From NCBI GenBank assembly GCA_964486045.1, contig CAZALK010000003.1, positions 64,001 to 128,000 of the forward strand: a stretch of DNA of 64,000 nt, given 5' to 3'. Made by a program: the position numbers and the translations under genes. Positions within the stretch are counted from its first letter, which is position 1. Each line of letters starts with the position of its first letter. Source of the DNA: an uncultured archaeon. GTDB lineage: Archaea; Asgardarchaeota; Lokiarchaeia; Sigyniarchaeales; SOKP01. Below the pieces are notes generated by a model. That model did no database searches. It was not told where the DNA came from and was given only the letters and a program-made list of their open reading frames with translations. Shown one piece after another: positions 40,682-51,416 of this stretch.

Positions 40682-41314
40682 GTGCCCATAACACCAATGC
40701 ACTATCCTGTTGCTTGGGGGCTATCGAAACTCGACAAAAGGCTGAATTTACCAGGATTAATTGTTGGGTCTTTCATACCCGATATTGAAGTTCCTATTTT
40801 ATTGTTTTTCTTTTCTGGAACGCTTCCTGATCATTTTGTTCTGCATAGTTTAATCGGTGCATTTACAATAGGAACTTTCATCTCGATATTTGTAACGGTT
40901 TACTTGTATCCACTTCTAACTTCTCTGCTCTTTCATCTCGATAAAGCAAAAATAAAAGGAGTATGTAGATTTTCACCGAGTTTAGCATTATCATGTATGC
41001 TTGGGAATTTATTCCACATTTTTTTAGACATCCCAATGCATCCATTCAATCCTGTTTTATGGCCATTTGTTGATCCTTATAGCATTGTAGGTATATTAAT
41101 TCTAGTTTTTGCAGTAGAGGGAGATATAGCTAGGGGATTTTTATATGCGAGGATTTTAGTGAATATTCTGATGATTACATTCATGGGAATACTACTTGCT
41201 ATCATCATTGTTAAAAACAGGAAAAATCTATGGGAGCAAATTTTAGTAGGTAAAATCCTTTCGAAACCTTTGAAGGAGAATAATAGTACCAAAATCAGAA
41301 GTTTGGAAAATTGA
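40682..41314 (+). CDS. DUF4184-like membrane-bound metal-dependent hydrolase
   Basis: P.TP.H, GS..PD, HS and H...D motifs. Confidence 0.8.
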   Translation: MPITPMHYPVAWGLSKLDKRLNLPGLIVGSFIPDIEVPILLFFFSGTLPDHFVLHSLIGAFTIGTFISIFVTVYLYPLLTSLLFHLDKAKIKGVCRFSPSLALSCMLGNLFHIFLDIPMHPFNPVLWPFVDPYSIVGILILVFAVEGDIARGFLYARILVNILMITFMGILLAIIIVKNRKNLWEQILVGKILSKPLKENNSTKIRSLEN

Positions 41315-41425
41315 AAGGTTACTATAATTTTAAAAAATTTAACAGGATGGTAAAAAATAAGATTATCGTGTTATCTTCTAAAATTTTAAAAAAAAATATA
41401 GGATTAAGAGAAAGAAAAAGGAAAA

Positions 41426-42505
41426 TTATTGTACGAAAGTTGCTGCATTTTTCAATGCTTCTTCTGCGTCCTTTATAACTGTTGTAATGATGTCCGATAC
41501 ACTCTCGATTTTATTTATTACTCCGATACTTTGACCCAATAAAACTCCTCCGTTTTCCATATCGCCTTGATAAGCAGCAAAAGCTGCTCTTGCATCTTTT
41601 CTTAATTCTTCGGCAAGGTCTTCCTTTGAAATTGCGGTACGGTGGTCTCCTAATGCATTTTCCTCAGCTATTTTTTCTTCTTTACTTTTAACTAAGCCTT
41701 TTTCAAGAGCATATTTATTCTTCCAATACCTAATCGTTCCTAAGCTTCCCGTCCTTATAATAGTATCTTGAGCTTTAGCTGGTGGTACAACACCTTTATA
41801 ATTTTCATGAAATTCACTGTCTTTAGATGCTATAAATCTTGAACCCATCGCAACTCCCCCAGCACCTAAAGCTAATGCTGCAGCCATACCTGCTCCGGTG
41901 CCATATCCTCCGCACGCGATTTTCGGGACATCTGGATGTTTTTGCTGTACTTGCTGTAATAGAACTAACCCACCAACTTTTTCATAAGATTGGTGACCCC
42001 CACCTTCAAAACCGGTTACAACAAGGCCGTCGCAACCTGCAGCCACGCATTTGTTCGCCAACCAGAGCGCAGGGGCAACATGGAAGTGTTTTATATTCGA
42101 ATTTTCCCTTAGTTTCTGAAAATCCTTGTTTAGAGGCATTCTTGATGCAGAACCCGCACTTGTAAGCGCATATAAACATTGTTCTCGCAATTTTGGGTTT
42201 CCCATAATATGTTTTGAGGTTTCAGAAATTAAATTATCGCAATTAACAGTATTTCTTGAAGTTCTAATATTAAACCCAAAAATCCCACTGGTATGCTCGA
42301 CTACGTAATCAAGATTTTTTTTCATCGCTACTATCGCATCTGGTTCCCTGCCATCCATTGATTGGTTTGCATGAGAGATCATTCCAAGTCCACCCTCTTC
42401 TGAGACCGCAATAGCTAGTTCAGTGGTTCTAAAAGGGCCCATTGCGGCGTTTGCAATTGGATGCTTAATTCCAAACATTTCAGTAATATTTGTTTTTAAT
42501 GTTAT
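41426..42505 (-). CDS. Nitronate monooxygenase/FabK-like flavoprotein (probable ATA start at 42505)
   Basis: PI..A.M, G.EGGGH, IACGG, MGSRF; upstream LKTNITE matches paralog N-termini. Confidence 0.9.
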   Translation of the reverse strand: MTLKTNITEMFGIKHPIANAAMGPFRTTELAIAVSEEGGLGMISHANQSMDGREPDAIVAMKKNLDYVVEHTSGIFGFNIRTSRNTVNCDNLISETSKHIMGNPKLREQCLYALTSAGSASRMPLNKDFQKLRENSNIKHFHVAPALWLANKCVAAGCDGLVVTGFEGGGHQSYEKVGGLVLLQQVQQKHPDVPKIACGGYGTGAGMAAALALGAGGVAMGSRFIASKDSEFHENYKGVVPPAKAQDTIIRTGSLGTIRYWKNKYALEKGLVKSKEEKIAEENALGDHRTAISKEDLAEELRKDARAAFAAYQGDMENGGVLLGQSIGVINKIESVSDIITTVIKDAEEALKNAATFVQ

Positions 42506-42614
42506 AATAAATCACCTTCTATTCTAATTAAATTGTAACCTAAATAAAATTAATTATTTCTAATTTTAATTTCCCTCTGAAAAAACTGTACTATACTGAA
42601 ATTTTTTAATGACT

Positions 42615-42986
42615 TTATTTCTTTGAGACTTTATTTATATCTTCATTAGTTATCTCTGGCCAACAAAACATTTCTTGTTCTGAGACAGTAGCAATCTTGA
42701 TTGCTAACTCTGCATCAAAAAGACCACGATCAATAATTTCTCCCCAGAGTTCCAACACACCATTAGCCTCCATTGGGATGAGATAACTTTCTTTTCTATT
42801 TCTTACAAATATATACAGTTCATCACTTGAATAAAGATCGCCTGTTTGAAAACATACTCGAATTACATTCTTCCACTCAAAATGATCTTTCCAAGATTCC
42901 CCTCCAGGAGGTTGGACGTCTCTATATACATAAGTATCATTAAATGTGACAGTATACCAATCTGATAAACTACTCATTTGTATCAA
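42615..42986 (-). CDS. Hypothetical protein (possible PH-like fold)
   Basis: 123-aa ORF co-oriented with neighbours; F.W..VIRV pattern. Confidence 0.65.
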   Translation of the reverse strand: MIQMSSLSDWYTVTFNDTYVYRDVQPPGGESWKDHFEWKNVIRVCFQTGDLYSSDELYIFVRNRKESYLIPMEANGVLELWGEIIDRGLFDAELAIKIATVSEQEMFCWPEITNEDINKVSKK

Positions 42987-42997
42987 TATAGTTAGTT

Positions 42998-43474
42998 TTA
43001 TTTTGTAGAAATCATATCTTTTGGAATTTTAACTGCGATAACTTCTCCTTGAACACATAGTATGCCTTTAGTAAATAATTTTACTTCTACTATTACTTTT
43101 CTCTCCTTAATTTCTTTTACACTCCCAATTAACTCCAGTTCTTGATTAATTGGGGTTAGTTTTATGTAATCGACATGAACAGAGGTGATTACATATCGTA
43201 ATTCAGGTTGTGTGCCCATTTTCCGTCCTTCTGATTTGTAAGCAGCAGCAGTTCCGGTTCCATGACAATCAATTAAAGATGCTAGTAATCCGCCATACAC
43301 ATACCCCGGAAAAGCAGTGTGGTATGGTTTTGGTGTAAATCTGGCAATACTCGTATTTTCATCATCACTCCAATAACTTTTAATTCTCAATCCATTATCA
43401 TTCAATCTTCCACATCCATAACAGTAACTCAGTTGATCTGAATAATAATCTTGAAAGGCTTTTATTTTCACCAC
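42998..43474 (-). CDS. PaaI-like hotdog thioesterase
   Basis: CYGCG..N..GL; PGYVYGGL.ASLIDCHG. Confidence 0.9.
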   Translation of the reverse strand: MVKIKAFQDYYSDQLSYCYGCGRLNDNGLRIKSYWSDDENTSIARFTPKPYHTAFPGYVYGGLLASLIDCHGTGTAAAYKSEGRKMGTQPELRYVITSVHVDYIKLTPINQELELIGSVKEIKERKVIVEVKLFTKGILCVQGEVIAVKIPKDMISTK

Positions 43475-43555
43475 AAATCTCCTAATAAAATAAGTTTGAT
43501 GGTTATTTTATTAATTTGAATTTTACATCAAGAAATCTACCCATATTAAAAAATC

Positions 43556-43909
43556 TTACTTTTTATAGTAGTCAAGAACTTTAAGAGCAAATCTGCTTAA
43601 TACTGTTGCTGGTCCGCCCCCCATTTCAATTGCTACTTCTAATGCTTCAATTATTTGGTTATCAGATGCCCCAGAATTTAATGCTTCATTAATATGCCAT
43701 TCCATAAAAGATTCACAATTGATAATTACAGAGATACCGATAGCAATAAGCTCTTTATACATTTTGTCTAAATAATTATCTTTGTAGGTGTTCCTCTCTA
43801 ATTCAAGAAAACTTTGATATACTTTTGACTTTTTATTTAATAAAAACTCATGAGCTTCTTTCCTACCAGAAAGGATTCTCTCAATTTTCTCTTTATCTTT
43901 TTGGTCCAT
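43556..43909 (-). CDS. Carboxymuconolactone decarboxylase/AhpD family protein
   Basis: KELIAIGISV..NCES.M.WH..EA...GA....I.EA...A..MGGGP. Confidence 0.9.
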   Translation of the reverse strand: MDQKDKEKIERILSGRKEAHEFLLNKKSKVYQSFLELERNTYKDNYLDKMYKELIAIGISVIINCESFMEWHINEALNSGASDNQIIEALEVAIEMGGGPATVLSRFALKVLDYYKK

Positions 43910-43979
43910 GATAATTAAAATAATTCAAAATTCTTATAGAAATCTGTTTTCGATAATCAAAATGGTATAATATTCAAAT

Positions 43980-44555
43980 TTGAACTTAGTATTTTCAATA
44001 ATATTTTTTACCGATATTGATAATAATTCTATTGATATACTTTTGGTGGTACACAATAATATTAAGAAAAAACTGGTTTTTCGTATCAATCGCAATAAGA
44101 AATCGAAAAAAAAAAATGTAACCGATTTAGATCGGGGTGAAATAGTAAAAAAATTAAACGGTCGAACTCTTATGGTTTATTTTGTACTTCTAAATAAAAA
44201 ATTCATTGGTGTGCGCGAGTTACAGCGGCATTTAGAACTTTCTAGCCCAAGTGTTGCAAAGTACCATCTTGAGAAATTAGAAAATTTAAATCTAGTTGAG
44301 AATAGAAATGGCGTATATCATCTTAGAAGAAAGGCGGATTTGCCATTATTAACTTCATGGGTTTTGATAGGAAAACAGCTTATCCCAAGGGTTATTTTTG
44401 CGGCCTTGTTTTTTACTTTTCTTTTTATTGGTTATTTATTCTTTGTTTATACCTATTGGAATAAAGATAGCTTATTTGTTATATTGTTTGGAATAGCAAT
44501 CATGATTTTTGTATGGATGGACGTGATCTTACAATTCAAACATAAACCGATATAG
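43980..44555 (+). CDS. Winged-HTH regulator with two C-terminal TM helices (true start probably downstream)
   Basis: GVRELQRHL.LSSPSVA.YHL.KL motif, then 2 TM. Confidence 0.85.
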   Translation: MNLVFSIIFFTDIDNNSIDILLVVHNNIKKKLVFRINRNKKSKKKNVTDLDRGEIVKKLNGRTLMVYFVLLNKKFIGVRELQRHLELSSPSVAKYHLEKLENLNLVENRNGVYHLRRKADLPLLTSWVLIGKQLIPRVIFAALFFTFLFIGYLFFVYTYWNKDSLFVILFGIAIMIFVWMDVILQFKHKPI

Positions 44556-44684
44556 TGTAAAACATAACCTTCATTAATATCTCAGCGTAATTTCTGTAAA
44601 ATCATCCACTGTTCTAAACTGTAGTATAATAAATTCTGGTGATATAATGTAATATGTAAATGAAATTGAATTAAGAGAAAAAAA

Positions 44685-47600
44685 ATGAATAGAAGCAGAA
44701 AAGGCAGTATCTTCTTATTATTGATATGTATTCAATTTTTTTTGATGGGTTTTAGCGTTATGGGAACCAGTTCCTATAATGGAAATGAGCAGGAAATTCC
44801 TCAAGGACAAAAAATTAAAAGTGACACCATGTCACATTCATCTCCTTACTATTTTCCTACTAATAAATCATCCCCATTGATGACAGACGTATCAGAGGGG
44901 TTAGATTCTGATAAAAATCCCAAACTTGCTAATTATTATTACAATAATGATTATGTCTTAACACTCAATTTAGATAAGTCAGTTCTTACAATTGGTGAAA
45001 CTCTTACATTAAATTTAGGTTTAACTTGTAATCTATCTGCGTCACCAGGAAAAGTAATATCAGTAGAAATCTATGAAGGATTTTACCGCAATTATTATTA
45101 CTACTATCCTAATTATTATGAGTCTGGAACTCCAATATATACAGAAGATCTTACAACTAATGCAGACGGTCAAGCTTCAATGACGTTCTCATCCACTACA
45201 TCTGAAGGGATGTATACGGTTTACGCCTATACAGAGGATAGTCGAATTTATAAAGATTTTACAATTGGTGAAGCTGGTATATTCTACAAAGGACCAAGAT
45301 TTTATAAACCCAACCAACATTACAGCGCTGCTGTTCATGTTGTTAATCTCACTGACTTTTCAGGTATGCCCTTAGCGTTTTTTAATTATTCAATTTCTTA
45401 TTATCTATATTCTTCTTCGAGTTGGAATATTTTAGCAGCAGACCAAGTACAGACAGATGATACGGGGTATGCGGTTTTAAATACTGACATCCCTTTGGAT
45501 GCGGATAATTATAATGTCCTTAGATTAACCATATCCACTCTTGATGGTAAAGCAGAATATCAAGCCTTTTTATATGAGAGTTGGGATTATTACTATTATT
45601 GTATGTGGGGAGGTCAGCAAAAAACTATTCAGGAAAAATTTCAGTATGTAGTAACAGCAGATAAAACCATTTACAATCCTGGTGATATTGTTTTACTAAG
45701 AGCATTAGTAATGCAATACTCATTTATGAACGAAACAAAAGTTGCGTTGCAATATACCCCAATTTCCTTAATAATCTATAATCCGGATGAATTTGCTGTA
45801 TTTTGGACAGATATTGCTACTGATGAGTATGGAATATTGTCTTTTAATTTTCCGTTAGATGAAGATTGTGAGCTTGGAAATTATGGATTCGAATTTAGTT
45901 ATTCAGGTGAAACATATAGGTACAATATAAAGGTTGATTATTACGTTAAACCAGTTTTCAGAGTGGAAATAGATACAAATGAGAAGGATTTTTATTCTGC
46001 TAATGAAAAATTATTTGAAGGTTTTGTTTTTGCATCTTATTACTTTGGTCAACCGGTAGTAGGGGCATCTGTAGTACTCACAATTCAAAACCATTGGGGG
46101 GAGATTAAAAAAGTAATAGAGGGATACACGAATGGTGAAGGCAGATTTTATTTTTCAACAAATTTACAACTTATCCCAGATCTAGATTATTCTTTTAACG
46201 TACAAGCTGAAGTAACAGATATTTACGGAAGGAGTGCATCCAGTGAAAAAACCTACACCCGTATAAAAGAATTATATGCTTATGGGTACTTAACTGATTG
46301 GGCACCTCATCCTGATGATACTTTAGAATACTATTTCTACGCATTTCAGTACGTTATGTCTGATTGGTATTGGATGTATAATCCTTTAGCAAATATATCA
46401 GTCAAAATTGAAATCTTAGGAATCGCAAACTATCCCTTCCCTTTAGTGTTCAATTTTAGACACTTGATTGCAACATATTCTAAAACAACTAACATATTTG
46501 GATCAGGGAAACTGGAATTTAACTTGCCATTAGCTATTATTAAGATTTACAATCTTTTTGAAATTAGGCTAACAATTAGTTTAGAGGATGGACGAACTTC
46601 AACCTCCTCATATTATTATAGATATAAGAAATACAGTTTGGATATTAATATTATAAATTCTACTTTAAATCCAGGTAATATCCTTGAATTTGAAGTCACT
46701 TTTAAAGATGTTCTGACTGGTTATTCTAGCACAGGTGAAGGTAAAATCTATATTTATGACGCTAATCATCAATTGATAGGTCAAGTTAGTGATTTTATCT
46801 CTGGGAGTAAAACTTATAATTTTTTAATACCAGATTCGTCTCCTGAAGGGAGGTATTATATTTATTCTTATGTTTATTCCCGCCCTAATCAATATTATGG
46901 TGGATTTAATTATCATTCCGCACATGAATCCTTTATTGTGGGAAGTCTTCAATCTATATCAATTGTTTCCAATTTTAGTAATTCTGGAACTTATTATGAT
47001 AAAATTATTGTTCAGATTGGTGACGTTATAGAGATTAATGGTACATCAAACGTAACAGCCAATATTCAGCATTACATGGAAATCTATAAGCGCGGATTAC
47101 TTTTTTCGTTTCCGTTAGAAGTTATTAGCAATAATTTCTCGCATATTTTGTCAGTTCTTCCAGAATACGCTCCTGATTTTACGATAATTATATATACAAT
47201 CTCTGATTCAGGAAAGCTTTATGAAACTATCCTAACGGTTCATGTTGAGTATGCTTATAGCTTAAATCTGTCAACAGATAAAGAAATTTATGAACCTGGA
47301 GATCTAGTAACTCTTACGATAACACCATCGGAAAATACTACTTCAGTTGTTGCACTTTCATTTATTGACAGTGCTGTACTTGATGTAGAACCCGAAGATG
47401 ACTCTGAATTAGCATATTTTACAAAACGTCCCTATTCAGCATATATTAGCTCAGGAAGCTCATGGGGATTTGGATTCAGTGCTGAAAGTTATTGGTGGTT
47501 TGGTTATGGAAGGCCTTCAGGAGGAATTCGTTATTTGGAAGTCAACGATCAAGTATTCTTTTTAGATAGCTACTATGCAGGATCATTAGAATCACGGACT

Positions 47601-50600
47601 GACTTCAAATCTGATAGTTTTTCGTTCGATGAATTAGTCTCTAATTTTGAAACAGAGATTAGAAAGAATATATCGGAGTCAGCAAATTGGATGCCTAATT
47701 TAATAATATCAAAACCCACAGAAATTACCTTTAAACTACCCGATAATATCGGAGAATGGACTATTAGAGCTGTGTGTAATAATATTTTTAAGGACTCAAA
47801 TGCCATTATTCTATGGGGAGATGTGGTAACTAAACAAATTAAAACCTTTTTGCCATTTTTTGTTGAATTCGAGATACCTGAACCAGTTTTTCAAGATGAT
47901 ATCCTAAGCGTAAAAGGTTATATCTACAATTATATTGGAACCGATGTTTATGCTACAGTTGCGATTAGTGCCCCTGAGCTTATTATATTAAATAAAGACG
48001 TTCAAGAATTATATATCCCTGATGGATTTGTTTCTGAAATAGAGTTTTCTGTATATTGTATAAAACCTTACTCCCAGAATATCACTCTTTTAGTTGTTAC
48101 AGAATCTGGGGGAGTAAAGTATTCAGATGCAAAGCAGTTGACTACTTATATCAAACCCAATGGTATAGAAATCATTAATAGAACAATTGGTTTTTTAAAT
48201 GCAACTGATGGGTCACTCCTCCTAAATTATACAATTGATCCATTAGCAATATATCATAGAGAGACATTAGCTTTATATACAGACCTGATGGACATTTCTA
48301 TTGATAGTTGGCAATCTCTTATCGGGTACCCCTATGGATGTATAGAGCAGACAATATCTAAGACAATGCCAACTGCTTTAATATTTAATTATTTAAATCA
48401 AACTGGGCAACTCACTAATAATTTAGAGCAAGAAATGACTCTAATGATATTAGAAGGGCTCAGTCGAATTTATAACTTTCAGCATAATGATGGTGGTTGG
48501 GGCTGGTGGCGAGATGATGCGTCTAAAATTATTATGACCTCTATTGTCATATCCGCATTAAACCAAATTGAAAAAGTTGGATTTCAAATTAATCAATATA
48601 TCTTGAATAAAGGAATTGATTATTTAATTGCCCATCAACAACCGAATGGTGCCTGGGATTTTCAGGAATATTCTTCAAATACCTTGGAAGCTACGGCTTT
48701 TATTCTAAAAGCACTCATAAGTTCCAATAACATAACCACCGAAATGAACACAGCTATTAATAACGCAATTGGAAAATATACAAATTTATGGAATGCTGGA
48801 GATATGCAGAGTTCTTATGGAGCATCTCTTTTTTACATCGCAACTAAAGCTAATATTTATGAAAATATCACTCTAAATAATGTTTTAATCCAATTTATTA
48901 AAGATAATTTTGTAGCTGAGGACAATACAATATTTTGGGAAAGCGATATAAATAATATATGGTATTGGAGAAAATTAGGGAATAAAGTAGAAATTACATC
49001 ATATGCCACATGGGCTCTTGCAATGGATGATTATATTAGCAATTACGCTCTTATCCAAAAAGCTGTAAGGTTTTTGTTAGATCAACGTAATCGCTGGGGA
49101 TGGGGATCAACAGCTGATACTTCAGCTGCGATTGCAGCATTAACCGCAATTAATGGGGTTATGATTGGAGGTGGATTTATTGATTTCAACGGAACTATTT
49201 CGGTAGTAGTTAATAATTACACACCACCTCAACATTTTTTAAATTTTACAGAATCTAATAATTATCCTGACGAAATTCTGTTATACCTTGATAATCTTGA
49301 AACTGAAATAATTAATACAATAAATATCACACTTGAGGGTTTTGGTAATATTTGCTATATTTTTGAAAGCACACAAATATTACGATCAGATCCAAAAATA
49401 GAGATTCCGGAGATTATTGAAGTTTCTCAGAATGAACAATTCTATTTTTATTTAGAATTCTCTGAAATTGATGAAAGAATGCCACTCGTAGATACTACAA
49501 TATCATTACTTAATATCCCTCAAAATTTCTACGATTCAGAAGCAAATTATACGATTTTTAACCCACTCATTCTTAATGGGAGTAAAGTGTATTTTCCTTT
49601 AATAGCACCAGACATAGAAGGTGATTATTTCTTAGAAGGAGTTTCAATATTAGGTTATATTCAATACAATGATACTTCAACTAATTCTTCACGATTACAA
49701 CCTTTTCAGAGAACAGTAGGACCTACAATTATACGTGTTGGAGCAAAATCGCAATCCTTATTTCCAATGATCAATTCAATTAATGCTTCAGGATCAGGAC
49801 AACAGATTTTATCTCTAATAAAAGAAATTTCTAAACAGAAATATCTAATTTCAGGAGAATTAATAAATATAACGATAAAAATAACTAATAATGGAGATGT
49901 GCGCCAATTTTATGTTGTAGATGATGAACAGCCTACAGGCACAGTTTTCATACCTGATTCTGTTGAAATTTCAGGCAATTATTCTGACTCAGAAGTTACT
50001 CATGAAATATATTCATCTGGAATTCATTTCTTTTTCCCTATTTTAACCAAAGGAGCTACTGAAATTACATATCAAATTCAGGTAAATAATATTAAAAATG
50101 CATATTCTGGTCAATGCAACCTTTGGGGCATGTATGATGATACGTATATCTCTGCAAAATCTATCGTATTGGAAAATATTCCAAGAAAATATTTTACAAG
50201 CAATTTGGTTTATCAAGATTTATTACTACCATCAATTTTAAATGCTAGTGTACTGCAAAGTTTTAAAACTCCGAATATTGAGCTAAGAGTTAATGTCCAA
50301 GCAATGGATAATAACATTATACACAAAATTCGGGTCATCTTTTCACAAGATTCTGGTTGGAGGGCTCAAACTCTTTATTCAATGAGAGATCAAGATGATT
50401 TTTCAATTAACATTACTGATCTTAAAAACATTAATTCTATTGTAACACTGTTTATAGAAGTCTCTGATATTTATGGTAACACAGCCACTTTGATTTTACT
50501 ACCAATAAGGATAACCATTTATGAGCTCATTCCATATCTAATAGTTGGTGCAATTGTGGGCTTTTCCCTCGGAATCGCAAGTATATCTTCAGTTCTTTAT

Positions 50601-50699
50601 AAAAAATTTGAAAAAAAGAAGCAAAGAAAAAAAAATAACCTACTTGAGAAACCAGAAGAAAAATTTTCATTTGAATCTTCTAAAAATGAGAATTTTTGA
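44685..50699 (+). CDS. Alpha-2-macroglobulin family thioester protein, membrane-anchored
   Basis: Signal peptide; DK.IYNPG MG2; Y.KP.F.V; LPDNIGEW.I.A; YPYGCIEQT; Q..DGGWGWW; W.ST.DT; C-terminal TM. Confidence 0.95.
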   Translation: MNRSRKGSIFLLLICIQFFLMGFSVMGTSSYNGNEQEIPQGQKIKSDTMSHSSPYYFPTNKSSPLMTDVSEGLDSDKNPKLANYYYNNDYVLTLNLDKSVLTIGETLTLNLGLTCNLSASPGKVISVEIYEGFYRNYYYYYPNYYESGTPIYTEDLTTNADGQASMTFSSTTSEGMYTVYAYTEDSRIYKDFTIGEAGIFYKGPRFYKPNQHYSAAVHVVNLTDFSGMPLAFFNYSISYYLYSSSSWNILAADQVQTDDTGYAVLNTDIPLDADNYNVLRLTISTLDGKAEYQAFLYESWDYYYYCMWGGQQKTIQEKFQYVVTADKTIYNPGDIVLLRALVMQYSFMNETKVALQYTPISLIIYNPDEFAVFWTDIATDEYGILSFNFPLDEDCELGNYGFEFSYSGETYRYNIKVDYYVKPVFRVEIDTNEKDFYSANEKLFEGFVFASYYFGQPVVGASVVLTIQNHWGEIKKVIEGYTNGEGRFYFSTNLQLIPDLDYSFNVQAEVTDIYGRSASSEKTYTRIKELYAYGYLTDWAPHPDDTLEYYFYAFQYVMSDWYWMYNPLANISVKIEILGIANYPFPLVFNFRHLIATYSKTTNIFGSGKLEFNLPLAIIKIYNLFEIRLTISLEDGRTSTSSYYYRYKKYSLDINIINSTLNPGNILEFEVTFKDVLTGYSSTGEGKIYIYDANHQLIGQVSDFISGSKTYNFLIPDSSPEGRYYIYSYVYSRPNQYYGGFNYHSAHESFIVGSLQSISIVSNFSNSGTYYDKIIVQIGDVIEINGTSNVTANIQHYMEIYKRGLLFSFPLEVISNNFSHILSVLPEYAPDFTIIIYTISDSGKLYETILTVHVEYAYSLNLSTDKEIYEPGDLVTLTITPSENTTSVVALSFIDSAVLDVEPEDDSELAYFTKRPYSAYISSGSSWGFGFSAESYWWFGYGRPSGGIRYLEVNDQVFFLDSYYAGSLESRTDFKSDSFSFDELVSNFETEIRKNISESANWMPNLIISKPTEITFKLPDNIGEWTIRAVCNNIFKDSNAIILWGDVVTKQIKTFLPFFVEFEIPEPVFQDDILSVKGYIYNYIGTDVYATVAISAPELIILNKDVQELYIPDGFVSEIEFSVYCIKPYSQNITLLVVTESGGVKYSDAKQLTTYIKPNGIEIINRTIGFLNATDGSLLLNYTIDPLAIYHRETLALYTDLMDISIDSWQSLIGYPYGCIEQTISKTMPTALIFNYLNQTGQLTNNLEQEMTLMILEGLSRIYNFQHNDGGWGWWRDDASKIIMTSIVISALNQIEKVGFQINQYILNKGIDYLIAHQQPNGAWDFQEYSSNTLEATAFILKALISSNNITTEMNTAINNAIGKYTNLWNAGDMQSSYGASLFYIATKANIYENITLNNVLIQFIKDNFVAEDNTIFWESDINNIWYWRKLGNKVEITSYATWALAMDDYISNYALIQKAVRFLLDQRNRWGWGSTADTSAAIAALTAINGVMIGGGFIDFNGTISVVVNNYTPPQHFLNFTESNNYPDEILLYLDNLETEIINTINITLEGFGNICYIFESTQILRSDPKIEIPEIIEVSQNEQFYFYLEFSEIDERMPLVDTTISLLNIPQNFYDSEANYTIFNPLILNGSKVYFPLIAPDIEGDYFLEGVSILGYIQYNDTSTNSSRLQPFQRTVGPTIIRVGAKSQSLFPMINSINASGSGQQILSLIKEISKQKYLISGELINITIKITNNGDVRQFYVVDDEQPTGTVFIPDSVEISGNYSDSEVTHEIYSSGIHFFFPILTKGATEITYQIQVNNIKNAYSGQCNLWGMYDDTYISAKSIVLENIPRKYFTSNLVYQDLLLPSILNASVLQSFKTPNIELRVNVQAMDNNIIHKIRVIFSQDSGWRAQTLYSMRDQDDFSINITDLKNINSIVTLFIEVSDIYGNTATLILLPIRITIYELIPYLIVGAIVGFSLGIASISSVLYKKFEKKKQRKKNNLLEKPEEKFSFESSKNENF

Positions 50700-50901
50700 A
50701 ATCCATTCACAGTTCTTCATTTTGAACTAATCCTAAATCTTATAAGGACATGAGCATCATAGTTATTTTTGGTGGTATTAAGACCAGAATCTAAATATAG
50801 TCTAAGAGTCCATTAAGAGTTCCTATTCTTAAACTATATATTAAATCCTTGGAATATTAATATTATAAAAAAACAAAAAAAACAAAAAAGTGAAAAAAAA
50901 A

Positions 50902-51123
50902 ATGACCCAAGCTTATGAAGAAGTAATGGAAATGAAAAGTCTTGAAGTTGAAGAGATTGAACAACCTGAAGTTCAAGAATCAATAGAAAGTGAAGTTGAT
51001 GAACTCCTTGGAGATTTAAATCCAAGATATTTTGAGGAAGGTTTTTCAATGAATGAAGCAAAAGACAGAATCGAATCAGCTAAAGCTTATTCGGATTTTA
51101 GCTTCAATACATATGGATTTTAA
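50902..51123 (+). CDS. Small acidic protein (73 aa)
   Basis: Glu-rich ORF with A-rich leader and downstream T-tract; ends DRIESAKAYSDFSFNTYGF. Confidence 0.7.
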   Translation: MTQAYEEVMEMKSLEVEEIEQPEVQESIESEVDELLGDLNPRYFEEGFSMNEAKDRIESAKAYSDFSFNTYGF

Positions 51124-51416
51124 ATAATTTTTTCTCTCCTTTTTAATTTTATATAACAATTTTAAATAATAAATGTATTATCCAATTTACCCCCTATGAG
51201 GATATCAAGTTTTGTAAATATTCGTCTAAAAAAAAAGATTAAATCAAATCAAAAATATCCTTATTTTGAGTCTATGGACATTAAGAATCCTTAAAATTTT
51301 TGAGATAGTTTAAATTAAGTTTATTGTATTTCGACTTTTTTTAGAATTTTTATTAAAAAAAGATCGACAAAAAATTAATTTTAATAGTTCTGCAGACTTA
51401 TTCAACTCACTAAAAG

